This document shows positions 31,800 to 41,061 of a stretch of 64,000 nucleotides of DNA, in pieces (within the stretch, counting starts at the first letter, position 1; the number at the start of each line of letters is the position of its first letter). Source of the stretch: Bdellovibrionales bacterium (GTDB taxonomy: Bacteria; Bdellovibrionota; Bdellovibrionia; Bdellovibrionales; JAGQZY01); contig CAXRHT010000002.1 in the NCBI GenBank assembly GCA_964230645.1, positions 1,024,001 through 1,088,000 of the forward strand, written 5' to 3'. The notes under the pieces are model-generated. The model had not been told where the DNA came from. It saw only the letters and a program-made list of their open reading frames with translations, and searched no databases. Position numbers and translations under genes: made by a program.

Positions 31800-32582
31800 A
31801 TGAAAAGTCTCGCTCAATTCCAAAGCACAATTAAATACCTCTTCACTGATATAGACGACACGCTCACACTCGATGGACAACTGCCAGCGGAGAGTTATCA
31901 GAAAATTTGGGAACTCCACCAAAAGGGAGTGGCGGTGATTCCTGTCACTGGGCGACCGGCGGGCTGGTGTGAGATGATTGCCAGAATGTGGCCAGTCCTT
32001 GCTGTCATTGGAGAAAATGGCGCACTGACCTTTCAGTACAAAAACAAAAGTATGGAGAGACTTTACGCCGTTGACGAGAAAGCCCGAGAAGAAAATCAGA
32101 AAAAGTTAAAACAAATCGAAAAAGAAATCTTAGAAAAGGTCCCTAGCTGCGCTTTGGCTTCTGATCAGTTCACTCGCCTTTTCGATTTGGCCATTGATTT
32201 TTGCGAAGACGTGGCTCCCCTCGAAAAAGAATCGATCCAGAAAATTGTGGATATCTTCCACTCCCACGGAGCGACCGCGAAAGTGAGTTCCATTCACGTG
32301 AACGGATGGTTTGGTGAATATGACAAAAGATCAATGTGCGAAAACTTTTTTATCAATGAAACCGGAAAGGCTTTAGATGATCGTATGGAGGAATGCGCTT
32401 TTATCGGTGACTCCCCCAATGACGAACCCCTTTTCGAGTTTTTTGAAAACTCTGTGGCGGTTGCGAATATTCTCAATTTTAAAGATCAACTAAAATCCCC
32501 TCCGCAATATGTTACTGAAAAAGAAGGGGCTCATGGTTTTGTGGAGTTGGCCAACAAGATATTGACCAACCTTAAAAGTTAA
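31800..32582 (+). CDS. HAD-IIB family hydrolase
   Basis: TDIDDTL, VTGRP, ENGA, GDSPND, VAN; TTGCAA-N18-TATAGT promoter candidate at 31712-31741. Confidence 0.9.
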   Translation: MKSLAQFQSTIKYLFTDIDDTLTLDGQLPAESYQKIWELHQKGVAVIPVTGRPAGWCEMIARMWPVLAVIGENGALTFQYKNKSMERLYAVDEKAREENQKKLKQIEKEILEKVPSCALASDQFTRLFDLAIDFCEDVAPLEKESIQKIVDIFHSHGATAKVSSIHVNGWFGEYDKRSMCENFFINETGKALDDRMEECAFIGDSPNDEPLFEFFENSVAVANILNFKDQLKSPPQYVTEKEGAHGFVELANKILTNLKS

Positions 32583-32592
32583 AGACTATATA

Positions 32593-34428
32593 TTACTGAA
32601 CTGGCAAGGCGACCACTTCATCCGCTCTCTGAGGAGCACACTTTAAAACATCCTTAGCCATCGTCATTTGGAAGTTTGCCACAAAGGGAAGCTTATAGAT
32701 TCCATCCGTTTCGACTTTTTCCAAAAAGGCTTTTGATTGCGAAGATTCGTCAATGCGAGCACAAGACTCAACCTCATGAACGAGATCCGGACGTGTCTGC
32801 TCCCAAGCGCTATCATCGAAAACGATCGTTCTATACATACTCGCCTCACCCACAGCGCCCTCTGGGGTCTCGGGAACATCACCTAAATTGGTGTATTCAA
32901 AGTCCGGCAAGATTCCAAAATGTTGCGGAGAGCGACCGCTGTTGAGCGTATAGATAGCTGTGGTTGATTTAAAAACAAGAGGGGCGTCACCAGGAGAACT
33001 CAACTCCGGACTGACTTGATGCTCTCTTAGAGACTGCACACTTCCCTTACCGAAAGTTTTTTGTCCAACAACAAAGCCTCGCTTCATGTCTTGAATGGTT
33101 CCCGCAAAAATCTCCGAAGCACTGGCTGAACCACCATCCACAAGGACAACGATGTTACGATTATAAACCGTCCCTTCCCCGTCTAAGTTTTGAAACACGG
33201 GAGCCTCACTGAAATGAGTGGTGCTAAAAAGCATAGTGAAAGGATTTGGATTTCTTATGACTTCCCCTCTTTCAACGGGAACTTGTTCAATCATTACGCC
33301 GGTGTCGACAATGAGGGAATCGAGCATACAACTGACAATATCAAGTCGTCCGCCCGTATTGCCTCGTAAATCAATGATCATTCCGAGACTGGAGGGATTG
33401 GAAAGGTCTCTTTGTTGAAGATCCTTAAACTCCCCACACATATCCTGACCACGTCTGGGCAAAAAGGAAGTTAAAGGAACATAAAGAGCTTGTGGTTCAT
33501 TAGCACTCGGAGCGCCACCACTATTATTTGAACAAATGAGTTCTTTTCGATCCGACTTGCTCAGACTTACAAAACGACTCTCCTCTGTCCAATTCGGAAT
33601 ATACTGGATGCGACCACGGGTCACTGGAACTTCTTTAATTTCTCCGGTACAAAGACTGCGTACCTCAAGATTCACGGTCGTCCCTTCAAGTCCCTTGATA
33701 CGAGCCACAGCTTCATCCACAGTTTCGTCTTTCACTGATACGCCATCAACTTTTAATATAAGATCCCCCTCTTTCAGGCCCGCTTGATCAGCAGGAGAAC
33801 TCTCCATAGGTTTAATCGCAAGACTATCCTTCCAAGGCGAATCTTCCACTTCAACTTTGCCAATAAAAGCTCCTATCCCAAAGTAATTAGAAGCTTTAGG
33901 AGTGAGCATCTCGTCGGGAACAAGACTGGAATGGGGGTCTTGGGTTTCATGAAGGAAACTATTAAACGCAGAACCAGAAACATAAGCCTGTTTAAGAACC
34001 GGGATATGCTCCATTGCGAGTCTTTGAGTCTGTCGACGTAAACTTAAAAAACTTTCGGACAAACCAAGTTCATAGGCTCTTTGAAACTTTTGTCTTCGCG
34101 CATCGGCATAGTCTTTTAATGCTTCCCGATCGTCTTCGCTTGGAAGAGTCCCTTCGGAAACAGCCAAGATGGTCAAAGTGTTCTCATCGGTCAGTTCAAT
34201 GACTAAATTCTGATCTTCTATGTGGGCCAATATTTGTGAAAGGGCCATCAAGCAACCAGAAAATTGCAGAGCCTCACTCATACAGTTGTTTGGCTGCAAC
34301 TCTGGCTCCGACCATAGCTCTGAGAGGCCATAGCCTGTATCAGCCCAATAGCCCAAAACTTCTTCCGTCTGAGCCCAAGCAGATAATGAAAATAGTACAA
34401 CGATAAGATTGGCCAAAATGGCTTTCAT
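32593..34428 (-). CDS. Secreted S41 family peptidase with PDZ domain (CtpA-like)
   Basis: Signal peptide from M22 (RBS GGAGG), DPHS, GIGA, SPADQAGL, DLRGNTGG, SASASEIF, GKGSVQ. Confidence 0.88.
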   Translation of the reverse strand: MKAILANLIVVLFSLSAWAQTEEVLGYWADTGYGLSELWSEPELQPNNCMSEALQFSGCLMALSQILAHIEDQNLVIELTDENTLTILAVSEGTLPSEDDREALKDYADARRQKFQRAYELGLSESFLSLRRQTQRLAMEHIPVLKQAYVSGSAFNSFLHETQDPHSSLVPDEMLTPKASNYFGIGAFIGKVEVEDSPWKDSLAIKPMESSPADQAGLKEGDLILKVDGVSVKDETVDEAVARIKGLEGTTVNLEVRSLCTGEIKEVPVTRGRIQYIPNWTEESRFVSLSKSDRKELICSNNSGGAPSANEPQALYVPLTSFLPRRGQDMCGEFKDLQQRDLSNPSSLGMIIDLRGNTGGRLDIVSCMLDSLIVDTGVMIEQVPVERGEVIRNPNPFTMLFSTTHFSEAPVFQNLDGEGTVYNRNIVVLVDGGSASASEIFAGTIQDMKRGFVVGQKTFGKGSVQSLREHQVSPELSSPGDAPLVFKSTTAIYTLNSGRSPQHFGILPDFEYTNLGDVPETPEGAVGEASMYRTIVFDDSAWEQTRPDLVHEVESCARIDESSQSKAFLEKVETDGIYKLPFVANFQMTMAKDVLKCAPQRADEVVALPVQ

Positions 34429-34727
34429 AAGATCCCTCCGAAAATATCCCCGTCGACGTGATCGACTTTTATTAGACCTACTAATTACCATTGATAAGAA
34501 TTAATGATTGAACTGGTTGAAAACTCTACATAAAGAAGTAATTTTTACGGCACCAAGATACGCCGTCAAATCAAAACAAGAGACAACTCGCCCCCTTCAT
34601 AAGTGAATCTATTCCAACCCATAAAAATAAATCGTGAAAAGAAGAATATAAAAAACACAAAGAGGATTCATTATAGAACAATAATCAATTCCACAGGAGC
34701 ATGACGAAGACCTTAAAAGGAGCTTTT

Positions 34728-34893
34728 CAGAGCGCGACTCATTTAAGAAAATGGGAGCTTTTGGTAGTGGCTCAAGCAACGAGCGCTGCGTATCTTGGGC
34801 TGCGACATGAAATGGCGCAGTCCGGGAGACGAAGTGCACCCGGGTGCGTGCCGCGACCAAAAGCTCCCATTTTCATAAATGAGTCGCGCTCTG
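34728..34893. mobile_element. 166-bp palindromic MITE-like element with 38-bp terminal inverted repeats
   Basis: Left arm CAGAGCGCGACTCATTTAAGAAAATGGGAGCTTTTGGT (34728-34765) matches the reverse complement of 34856-34893 at 37/38 positions. Internal nested hairpins; GC-richer than its flanks; no transposase. Confidence 0.75.
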
Positions 34894-34920
34894 GAAAGTG
34901 ACCCGCCCCGATCTGGCTCC

Positions 34921-37287
34921 CTAGTCCTTCTTCAACGACTCAAGAGCTGCAAATGGATTATTAAAAGGTTGTGCTGGCTTACGGTGCTTCGGACGTGGTC
35001 CACCTTTGCCACCTTTCTTGCCCCCACGCTGAGGTCCCTTGCCTTTTTTCTTCCCATCCTTAGATTTTAAAGAAACACGCTTGTTGTTCTTACCCGCTCC
35101 CGGCTTATTGGCTTTATCACCAAACTTCATCGTTAATGAAATCTGACTTTTCTCGACGTCCACCGACTTGATTTGTACTTGAACCTGATCGCCAGGACTT
35201 AGCATTTTCTGAGGATCGTTAACGAATTGGTTAGCGATTTCTGAAATATGCACAAGGCCATCTTGATGGACACCGATATCAACGAAGGCTCCGAAGTTTG
35301 TAACGTTTGAAACTATGCCATTACAAACCATACCCTCTTTAAGATCGCTCACTTCAAAGATATCCTCGCGGAATTTAAAAACCTTAAAAGGATCACGAGG
35401 GTCACGATTGGGTTTCTTAAGTTCAGTGATGATGTCTCCAAAAGTATACTCACCAATCAGACCTTCCCACTTTTCTTTAAGCTCAAGCATCTTGGTGGCA
35501 TTTTTACCGAGTAGATTGGAAACACTCTCGCCCAATTCTTTGGCCATATCTTTAACTGCCGAGTAGCGCTCGGGGTGAACTCCCGTTGCATCAAGGGGAA
35601 CCTCTCCACCGATCACTCGTAGGAATCCCACCGCCTGCTCATAAGACTTCGAATTAAAGTTGGGAACGTCAGCCAGTTGATCTCGACGTTTAAAAAGACC
35701 TTTTTCCTGGCGAAACTTTACGATGTTACTAGCAATTCCCGGACCAATACCGGCCACGTGTTGTAACAAGTGAGCCGAAGCTGTGTTCACATCAACGCCA
35801 ACATAGTTCACACAGTCCTCAACCACAGAACCCAAACGTTTTTTTAGAGTCGATTGAGAGACATCATGTTGATACTGCCCAACTCCAATACTTTTTGGTT
35901 CAATCTTAACAAGCTCGGCTAGCGGGTCTTGCAATCTTCTGGCGATGGATATAGCGCCTCGAACAGTGATATCCAAATCTGGAAACTCTTCTCTGGCCAC
36001 ATCCGAAGCCGAATAAACACTGGCCCCAGACTCGTTGATAAGGACAACCGGGGTTTCCTTACCGAGTTCTTTTAAAATCTTACGTATAAAAATCTCTGCC
36101 TCGCGACCACCGGTTCCATTCCCAACAGCTACGGCATCAATTTCAATTTGTTTTAAAACCTCAGAAAAAAGTTTTTTCGCATTCTCCTCAGCCTTGTCTC
36201 CCTGAATTTTTAAAACTGTGTGGGAAATGAATTGCCCCTTCTTATCGACCAAGGCAACCTTACATCCCGTTCGAAGACCGGGATCCACCCCGAGTACACA
36301 TCTGGAACCAAAAGGGCTGGCTAGTAAAAGTTTTTTAACATTCTCGGCAAAGACTTCGATAGCAAAAAGGTCGGCGGAATCTTTTAATTTCTTGTGAACT
36401 TCATTAACAACAGAGGGTACGACATGAACCGTAAGGGCCGTTTTTGCGCATAGAAAAAGAAAATTCTTAGCTGCGGAGTCCTTATCAGTGCAGGCCCAGT
36501 TTTCAAAGGTCGCAAGAAGAGTCTCGTCCTCAGGACTTGAAATCGTTACGGTTAACTCCCCCTCTTTCCAACCCCGTCTCATGGCTAAATAACGGTGGGA
36601 ATTTTTCTTTTCAAGTAAGGAGGTTACTTTTTCTGAGTGCTCAAAATAAGTTTCGTATTTAGACTTAGGCTTTACTTTTTTACCAGGCTTTGACTCAACA
36701 ATACCCTTTTCAAAATAACTGGTGCGAACCGGATCACGAAGATCCGGATTATTAGCAAGCTTTTCAACAATGATGTGTTGAGCCCCTCGCATCACCTCTT
36801 CATAAGTAGCAAACTTCTTTGAAGGGTTAATGAATTCCTTGGCCTTCACTTCAAGAGTTTGCTCGGCCTTTGTGTCTCCGTGTCCCACATCCCAAATCCA
36901 TTGAGCAAATGGCCCAATTCCTGCTTCTCTTGCCAAGGTGGCTTTGGTTTTCTTTTTCTTCTTGTAAGGACGATAGAGCTCTTCGATCTCGGTCAACTCC
37001 CAAGAGGCCAGAATTCTCTTTTTTAACTCATCGGTTAAATTGCCCTGCTCTTGAATTTCTTTGAGGATAAAATCTTTGCGCTTGAGGATTTCATGGTATT
37101 CCTGATCGGCATCTATGATCTCACGAATTTGGACTTCGTCCAGATTTCCGGTGCGCTCCTTTCGATAGCGCGCGATAAAGGGAACTGTGGCTCCTTCTTT
37201 GGTCATTTCTATGACGGCTTGTGCTGACTTCCATTGAATTTTGGGAAGCTTGCCCTTCACAAAACTTTCTAAACTTTTTTGTTCCAT
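34921..37287 (-). CDS. tex: Tex family RNA-binding transcriptional accessory protein
   Basis: GATVPFIARYRKE, DPGLRTGCK, ESGASVYSAS, IARRLQDPLAELVK, SIGVGQYQHD, C-terminal S1 domain (FGAFVDIGVHQDGLVHIS); start at M40. Confidence 0.95.
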   Translation of the reverse strand: MEQKSLESFVKGKLPKIQWKSAQAVIEMTKEGATVPFIARYRKERTGNLDEVQIREIIDADQEYHEILKRKDFILKEIQEQGNLTDELKKRILASWELTEIEELYRPYKKKKKTKATLAREAGIGPFAQWIWDVGHGDTKAEQTLEVKAKEFINPSKKFATYEEVMRGAQHIIVEKLANNPDLRDPVRTSYFEKGIVESKPGKKVKPKSKYETYFEHSEKVTSLLEKKNSHRYLAMRRGWKEGELTVTISSPEDETLLATFENWACTDKDSAAKNFLFLCAKTALTVHVVPSVVNEVHKKLKDSADLFAIEVFAENVKKLLLASPFGSRCVLGVDPGLRTGCKVALVDKKGQFISHTVLKIQGDKAEENAKKLFSEVLKQIEIDAVAVGNGTGGREAEIFIRKILKELGKETPVVLINESGASVYSASDVAREEFPDLDITVRGAISIARRLQDPLAELVKIEPKSIGVGQYQHDVSQSTLKKRLGSVVEDCVNYVGVDVNTASAHLLQHVAGIGPGIASNIVKFRQEKGLFKRRDQLADVPNFNSKSYEQAVGFLRVIGGEVPLDATGVHPERYSAVKDMAKELGESVSNLLGKNATKMLELKEKWEGLIGEYTFGDIITELKKPNRDPRDPFKVFKFREDIFEVSDLKEGMVCNGIVSNVTNFGAFVDIGVHQDGLVHISEIANQFVNDPQKMLSPGDQVQVQIKSVDVEKSQISLTMKFGDKANKPGAGKNNKRVSLKSKDGKKKGKGPQRGGKKGGKGGPRPKHRKPAQPFNNPFAALESLKKD

Positions 37288-37529
37288 AAATTCTTGATCA
37301 CCTGTTTTTGGTTTAAGACTACTGTCTACGAAATTTCGTCCATAAATTCCAGTTTTTATCGTTTTTTCAGGGATTTCCCAACGACTCCCTAACGAATTAC
37401 GCACTGTGCAGAACCCCTAACTCCCCTCTGTTGGCTGAGGGCCAAGGTGGCTTCTTGGTACGCAATTAGGACTTTGCCTCCCAGAGATTTTCGTTGTGCT
37501 TAGCTAAGACCTCTTTTAGAAAATAAACT

Positions 37530-38603
37530 ATGCAATTCATTAAAGCGACCCCGATTTCTAAACTCATTTCTTTTTGTGGCCCTCTTATTCCCGAGTCGAG
37601 CGGAGACAGTGAGCTCAAAGTGCATCAATTTTCCACAGTCGAAGGAGCCACTGAGAACTCACTCGTCTTTATCAACAATAAAAAGCTCCTGGAGACCGTC
37701 CGCAAAAGCCCCGCTTGCTGCGTGCTTGCGCCTTTAAGTTTGAAAGACAAAGTCGAGGCGAGTGACTCCAAGGTGTGGCTCTTTTCTCCCAATGTGGATC
37801 GAGCGGCCCAAATGATTAAAAAAGAATTTGTTTTTCCCACTCCATTTAGAGCAGATTTCACTGGCATCCACTCCACCGCGGCCATTGATGAGTCAGCACG
37901 GATTGCTTCCGATGTTTCCATCGGGCCCTTTGCCGTGATTGGTAAGAATGTTGAGATCGGTGAGAAGAGTTTTATCGGCTCTCATTGTGTGGTGGAAAAC
38001 AACGCAAAGATTGGCAAAGATACGACCCTTCATCCTCATGTCTATATTGGACACTCTTGTGAAATCGGTGCTTACTGCGAAATCATGCCTCAGGCCGTGA
38101 TTGGTTCTGAGGGTTTTGGCTATGCCCACGACGAGAAAGGCAACCACTACAGAATTCCTCACACAGGCAAGGTCGTATTGGAAGACGATGTACACATAGG
38201 TGCGGGTACGGCTATTGACCGAGGAACGATCGAAGATTCCGTCATTGGGCGTGGCACTAAAATAGATAACCAGGTTCATCTTGCTCATAATACAGTCGTC
38301 GGTAAAAACGGCTTAATCACAGCCCAATGTGTGACCGCCGGCTCAAGCCAAATCGGAGATAATTTTATCTGTGGTGGAAAAACAGCCATCACTGGACACA
38401 TCAAGGTCACAGACAACGTCAATGTCGCTGGGTTTTCTGCCATATCAAACAATGTTAAAGAGCCGGGACAATATGGGGGCTACCCGCTGGTTCCTCTCAA
38501 ACAGCATTTGAAAGTAAAGGCCTCCTCTGTTCATCTTCCTGAACTTCGCAAACAAATGAATCGCGTTTTAAGGAAGCTTTTCCCCGAAGATTATCGTTCG
38601 TAA
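37530..38603 (+). CDS. lpxD: UDP-3-O-acylglucosamine N-acyltransferase
   Basis: Hexapeptide repeats, [30 protein letters not shown]. Confidence 0.93.
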   Translation: MQFIKATPISKLISFCGPLIPESSGDSELKVHQFSTVEGATENSLVFINNKKLLETVRKSPACCVLAPLSLKDKVEASDSKVWLFSPNVDRAAQMIKKEFVFPTPFRADFTGIHSTAAIDESARIASDVSIGPFAVIGKNVEIGEKSFIGSHCVVENNAKIGKDTTLHPHVYIGHSCEIGAYCEIMPQAVIGSEGFGYAHDEKGNHYRIPHTGKVVLEDDVHIGAGTAIDRGTIEDSVIGRGTKIDNQVHLAHNTVVGKNGLITAQCVTAGSSQIGDNFICGGKTAITGHIKVTDNVNVAGFSAISNNVKEPGQYGGYPLVPLKQHLKVKASSVHLPELRKQMNRVLRKLFPEDYRS

Positions 38604-38823
38604 CTTTTCTCAATTTAAACAGTCGAGTTTAAATTAAAGAATCTGAGCTAGCCTTACGTCGAATTTGCTATCAAAAACCTCAATTTAGCCTTGAGAAGCT
38701 TGAAATACTTTTTAAGAACTTGGTTTTTTAAAAAATTTCACATTTACATCATTTAAGCATGACCTTTTAAAAAACCTTCCATGGGATTCTAGAGATGTTG
38801 AAACATACAAAAAAGGAGAAATA

Positions 38824-39339
38824 ATGTATTTCAAAAGATTAGCAATTGTTTTAGTAACATGTGGACTTGGAACCATGGCGGGTGCAGGTCACCATTCTGG
38901 TGAACACACACGCAAAGGAGTGAACTCTTACAAGCATTCTGACATGAGAATGAACTCTAAGAACCAAATCTTGAAAGTGCAAAAAGCTTTAAATGACAGA
39001 GGCTATAACCTCGACGAAGACGGAGTGATGGGAACAGAAACCAGCAACGCTCTTCATGAATATCAGTTGGCGAACGGATTAGAGCCGACTCACCGTCTTG
39101 ATCGTCCAACCTTAGCGTCTTTAGGAGTTATTAATACCAACCGAACTTGGGATTCTTCATCGACAAGAAGACCAGCGAGTGTTGACTCTGAGAACGATTC
39201 CATTTTTAGCGACGAAGAGCTCGGAATGAAAAAAAAACAGAGCATGTACCGTGAAGGATCGTTTGACGTGATCACTGCGGGATTCGGAATTCCTGAGTCG
39301 TCTCTAGAAAAAGACCTTCATAAAAAGAAGACTTATTAA
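38824..39339 (+). CDS. Secreted protein with peptidoglycan-binding (PG_binding_1) domain
   Basis: Signal peptide; VQKALNDRGY...DGVMG.ET..AL..YQ..NGL..T..LD..TL..LG; RRPAS motif; RBS AAGGAG. Confidence 0.85.
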   Translation: MYFKRLAIVLVTCGLGTMAGAGHHSGEHTRKGVNSYKHSDMRMNSKNQILKVQKALNDRGYNLDEDGVMGTETSNALHEYQLANGLEPTHRLDRPTLASLGVINTNRTWDSSSTRRPASVDSENDSIFSDEELGMKKKQSMYREGSFDVITAGFGIPESSLEKDLHKKKTY

Positions 39340-39430
39340 AAAGTAAGCCACTGAGAACCATAAGACTGAAAGCTTTTGAGGAAAAGAGTCCTATAACTTT
39401 CAGAACAAACGAACCCTTCTCAGTTCTTTA

Positions 39431-39456
39431 AGCCTTCTCACTTTCGTGAGAGGGCT
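39431..39456. terminator. Hairpin between convergent genes
   Basis: AGCCTTCTCAC-tttc-GTGAGAGGGCT directly at the stop of the 39456 gene; no long U-tract. Confidence 0.5.
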
Positions 39457-40970
39457 TATTCATTTTCGCGACAAATCACTGACTTCAAATACTGCACATT
39501 TTGCCCAGACTGATGCTTACTATTTCGATAGCCAAAACTCACTGACAAATCGCCAATAGGACAATCCGAATAGTAACCTCGATAATACATTCCATTGGTT
39601 GCAATATTACATAGAACAAAGACATAGAGATCATCATTGCCAGACCCGGCTGTGTACTCACCCATTTGCCAACTGACAACATCGGCGCGCTTTTTCCAGC
39701 GACAGTACTCTCTAGCCGTCTCTTTAGGCGACATCCCTCTTGCTTTTGGATGATTCAAGCCTAGTCGGTAAGTTCTATTACGGTAGCCCCAATTGTATCC
39801 CCGATCACCATCATTATCGATTCGATAGCGTTCACGATAGGTGAGCTTAATATCGTTATAAGGATAGGCTTTAAAACAGCGGTGATAGAAGGGATCAAAA
39901 ACCTCGTCACCTCCACAGTCTTCAGGCTGTTCGGTGCCACCACCGCCTCCGCCTCCGCCACCGCCGGTACAGCCTGGCTCTCCAGTGATACAGCCGCCTC
40001 CGCCGCCACCACCGCCGGTGCCTCCATCATCATCATCTCCTGAATTTGGATCAGGATCGCAACTTCCGTTATTAAAAATTTCGTTAGGCTTACACTCATT
40101 GATTGTGCAGTCTCTTAGACGGCAAGATTTAACATGCACAGAGGAGACATCAGGTGTCCCTTGCACCAGCTGCGCAGGGCAAGGCTTGCCACCATTCCTG
40201 GGCTCAGGACTGTTACACAAACGATTTCGTATCTGAACACCATCTCCACACATTTTCGAACAATGAGTTCCATTGGCAAAAGTTAACCATTCGTTACTAT
40301 CATCATGCATAGGGTCCGCCCAATCGACAGACCATTTACCATTGATGGGATCAAGACCCGACTGAAGAAAAGGAACCACGTTTCGACCAAAAACAATTCT
40401 GTTCAACCCTAACTCAATTCCAAAACCTTGATTGTTCTTAGTGACCTTGAAATCATAATTTTGCTCGGGATCTAAGGGTTCCATAACTCGTAAATCAAAT
40501 CGAACCGCTCCTGGATTATTAACCAAATCTATTCCAACGATTCTTGATAGGTTCTCAGAAACAAAGACCAATTCCTTTTCTTTATTTAAATCATCCTGAT
40601 CCAAATCAATAAGAAGCATTTTCACATTGGGGTGAGGTCTCAAAGCATCAGCAAGGATATTAAATTGTTCAGTGAAAGGTCCGGAACTAACCACCCTTAT
40701 AACAGGATTGGTGCCATCAAAACTTTTTGACACAAAAATAGCATCGTCGTAACTGTCAGTATCATAATCACCAAAAGTGACCTTAGAATGTAATTGATCT
40801 GATGATGGAAGTGTTGTGGTGTCATTAGGCCAGGGATAATCTGTTTTTTGCTCCGAGGAAATTAAATAACCTTCTTGCAGGGGCGTTTGAAAAACTCCGC
40901 AGTTATTAAAACTAAAACCCACAATGAGGCCTAAAAGAATCCAAATGGAAACGACTTTCGATCGGATAAT
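39456..40970 (-). CDS. Lipoprotein with thrombospondin type-1-like domain, Gly-rich linker and Cys-rich C-terminal domain
   Basis: NGKWS..W...W...CSKMCGDGVQIRNRLCNSPEPRNGGKPC...C...C (TSP1 signature); FG-GAP-like GDYDTDSYDD. The frame stays open upstream of GTG 40922 to give IIRSKVVSIWILLGLIVGFSFNNC, so the start is placed at ATT 40970. Confidence 0.75.
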   Translation of the reverse strand: MIRSKVVSIWILLGLIVGFSFNNCGVFQTPLQEGYLISSEQKTDYPWPNDTTTLPSSDQLHSKVTFGDYDTDSYDDAIFVSKSFDGTNPVIRVVSSGPFTEQFNILADALRPHPNVKMLLIDLDQDDLNKEKELVFVSENLSRIVGIDLVNNPGAVRFDLRVMEPLDPEQNYDFKVTKNNQGFGIELGLNRIVFGRNVVPFLQSGLDPINGKWSVDWADPMHDDSNEWLTFANGTHCSKMCGDGVQIRNRLCNSPEPRNGGKPCPAQLVQGTPDVSSVHVKSCRLRDCTINECKPNEIFNNGSCDPDPNSGDDDDGGTGGGGGGGGCITGEPGCTGGGGGGGGGGTEQPEDCGGDEVFDPFYHRCFKAYPYNDIKLTYRERYRIDNDGDRGYNWGYRNRTYRLGLNHPKARGMSPKETAREYCRWKKRADVVSWQMGEYTAGSGNDDLYVFVLCNIATNGMYYRGYYSDCPIGDLSVSFGYRNSKHQSGQNVQYLKSVICRENE

Positions 40971-41002
40971 ATCCCCCCGGTTATCCCTGAACCTATATTA
41001 TA

Positions 41003-41029
41003 TAATCGGTTTTTTTTGATATGAAGTAA
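41003..41029 (-). promoter_or_regulatory. Putative sigma28 promoter
   Basis: TTAC-N15-ACCGATTA upstream of the TSP1 gene. Confidence 0.45.
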
Positions 41030-41061
41030 ATCGGCCTAAAATCTCAAATAGAGACACTCTG

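Noticed and set aside
34609..34901. ORFs 34701-34901(+) and 34609-34860(-)
   Set aside because: Largely made of the palindromic element. The AGGAG before 34701 is only 1 nt from the ATG. Treated as by-products of the element.
39934..40236. Poly-Pro ORF and CCG/CCA repeats
   Set aside because: This is the antisense reading of the Gly-rich linker of the TSP1 lipoprotein, not a separate gene or DNA repeat.
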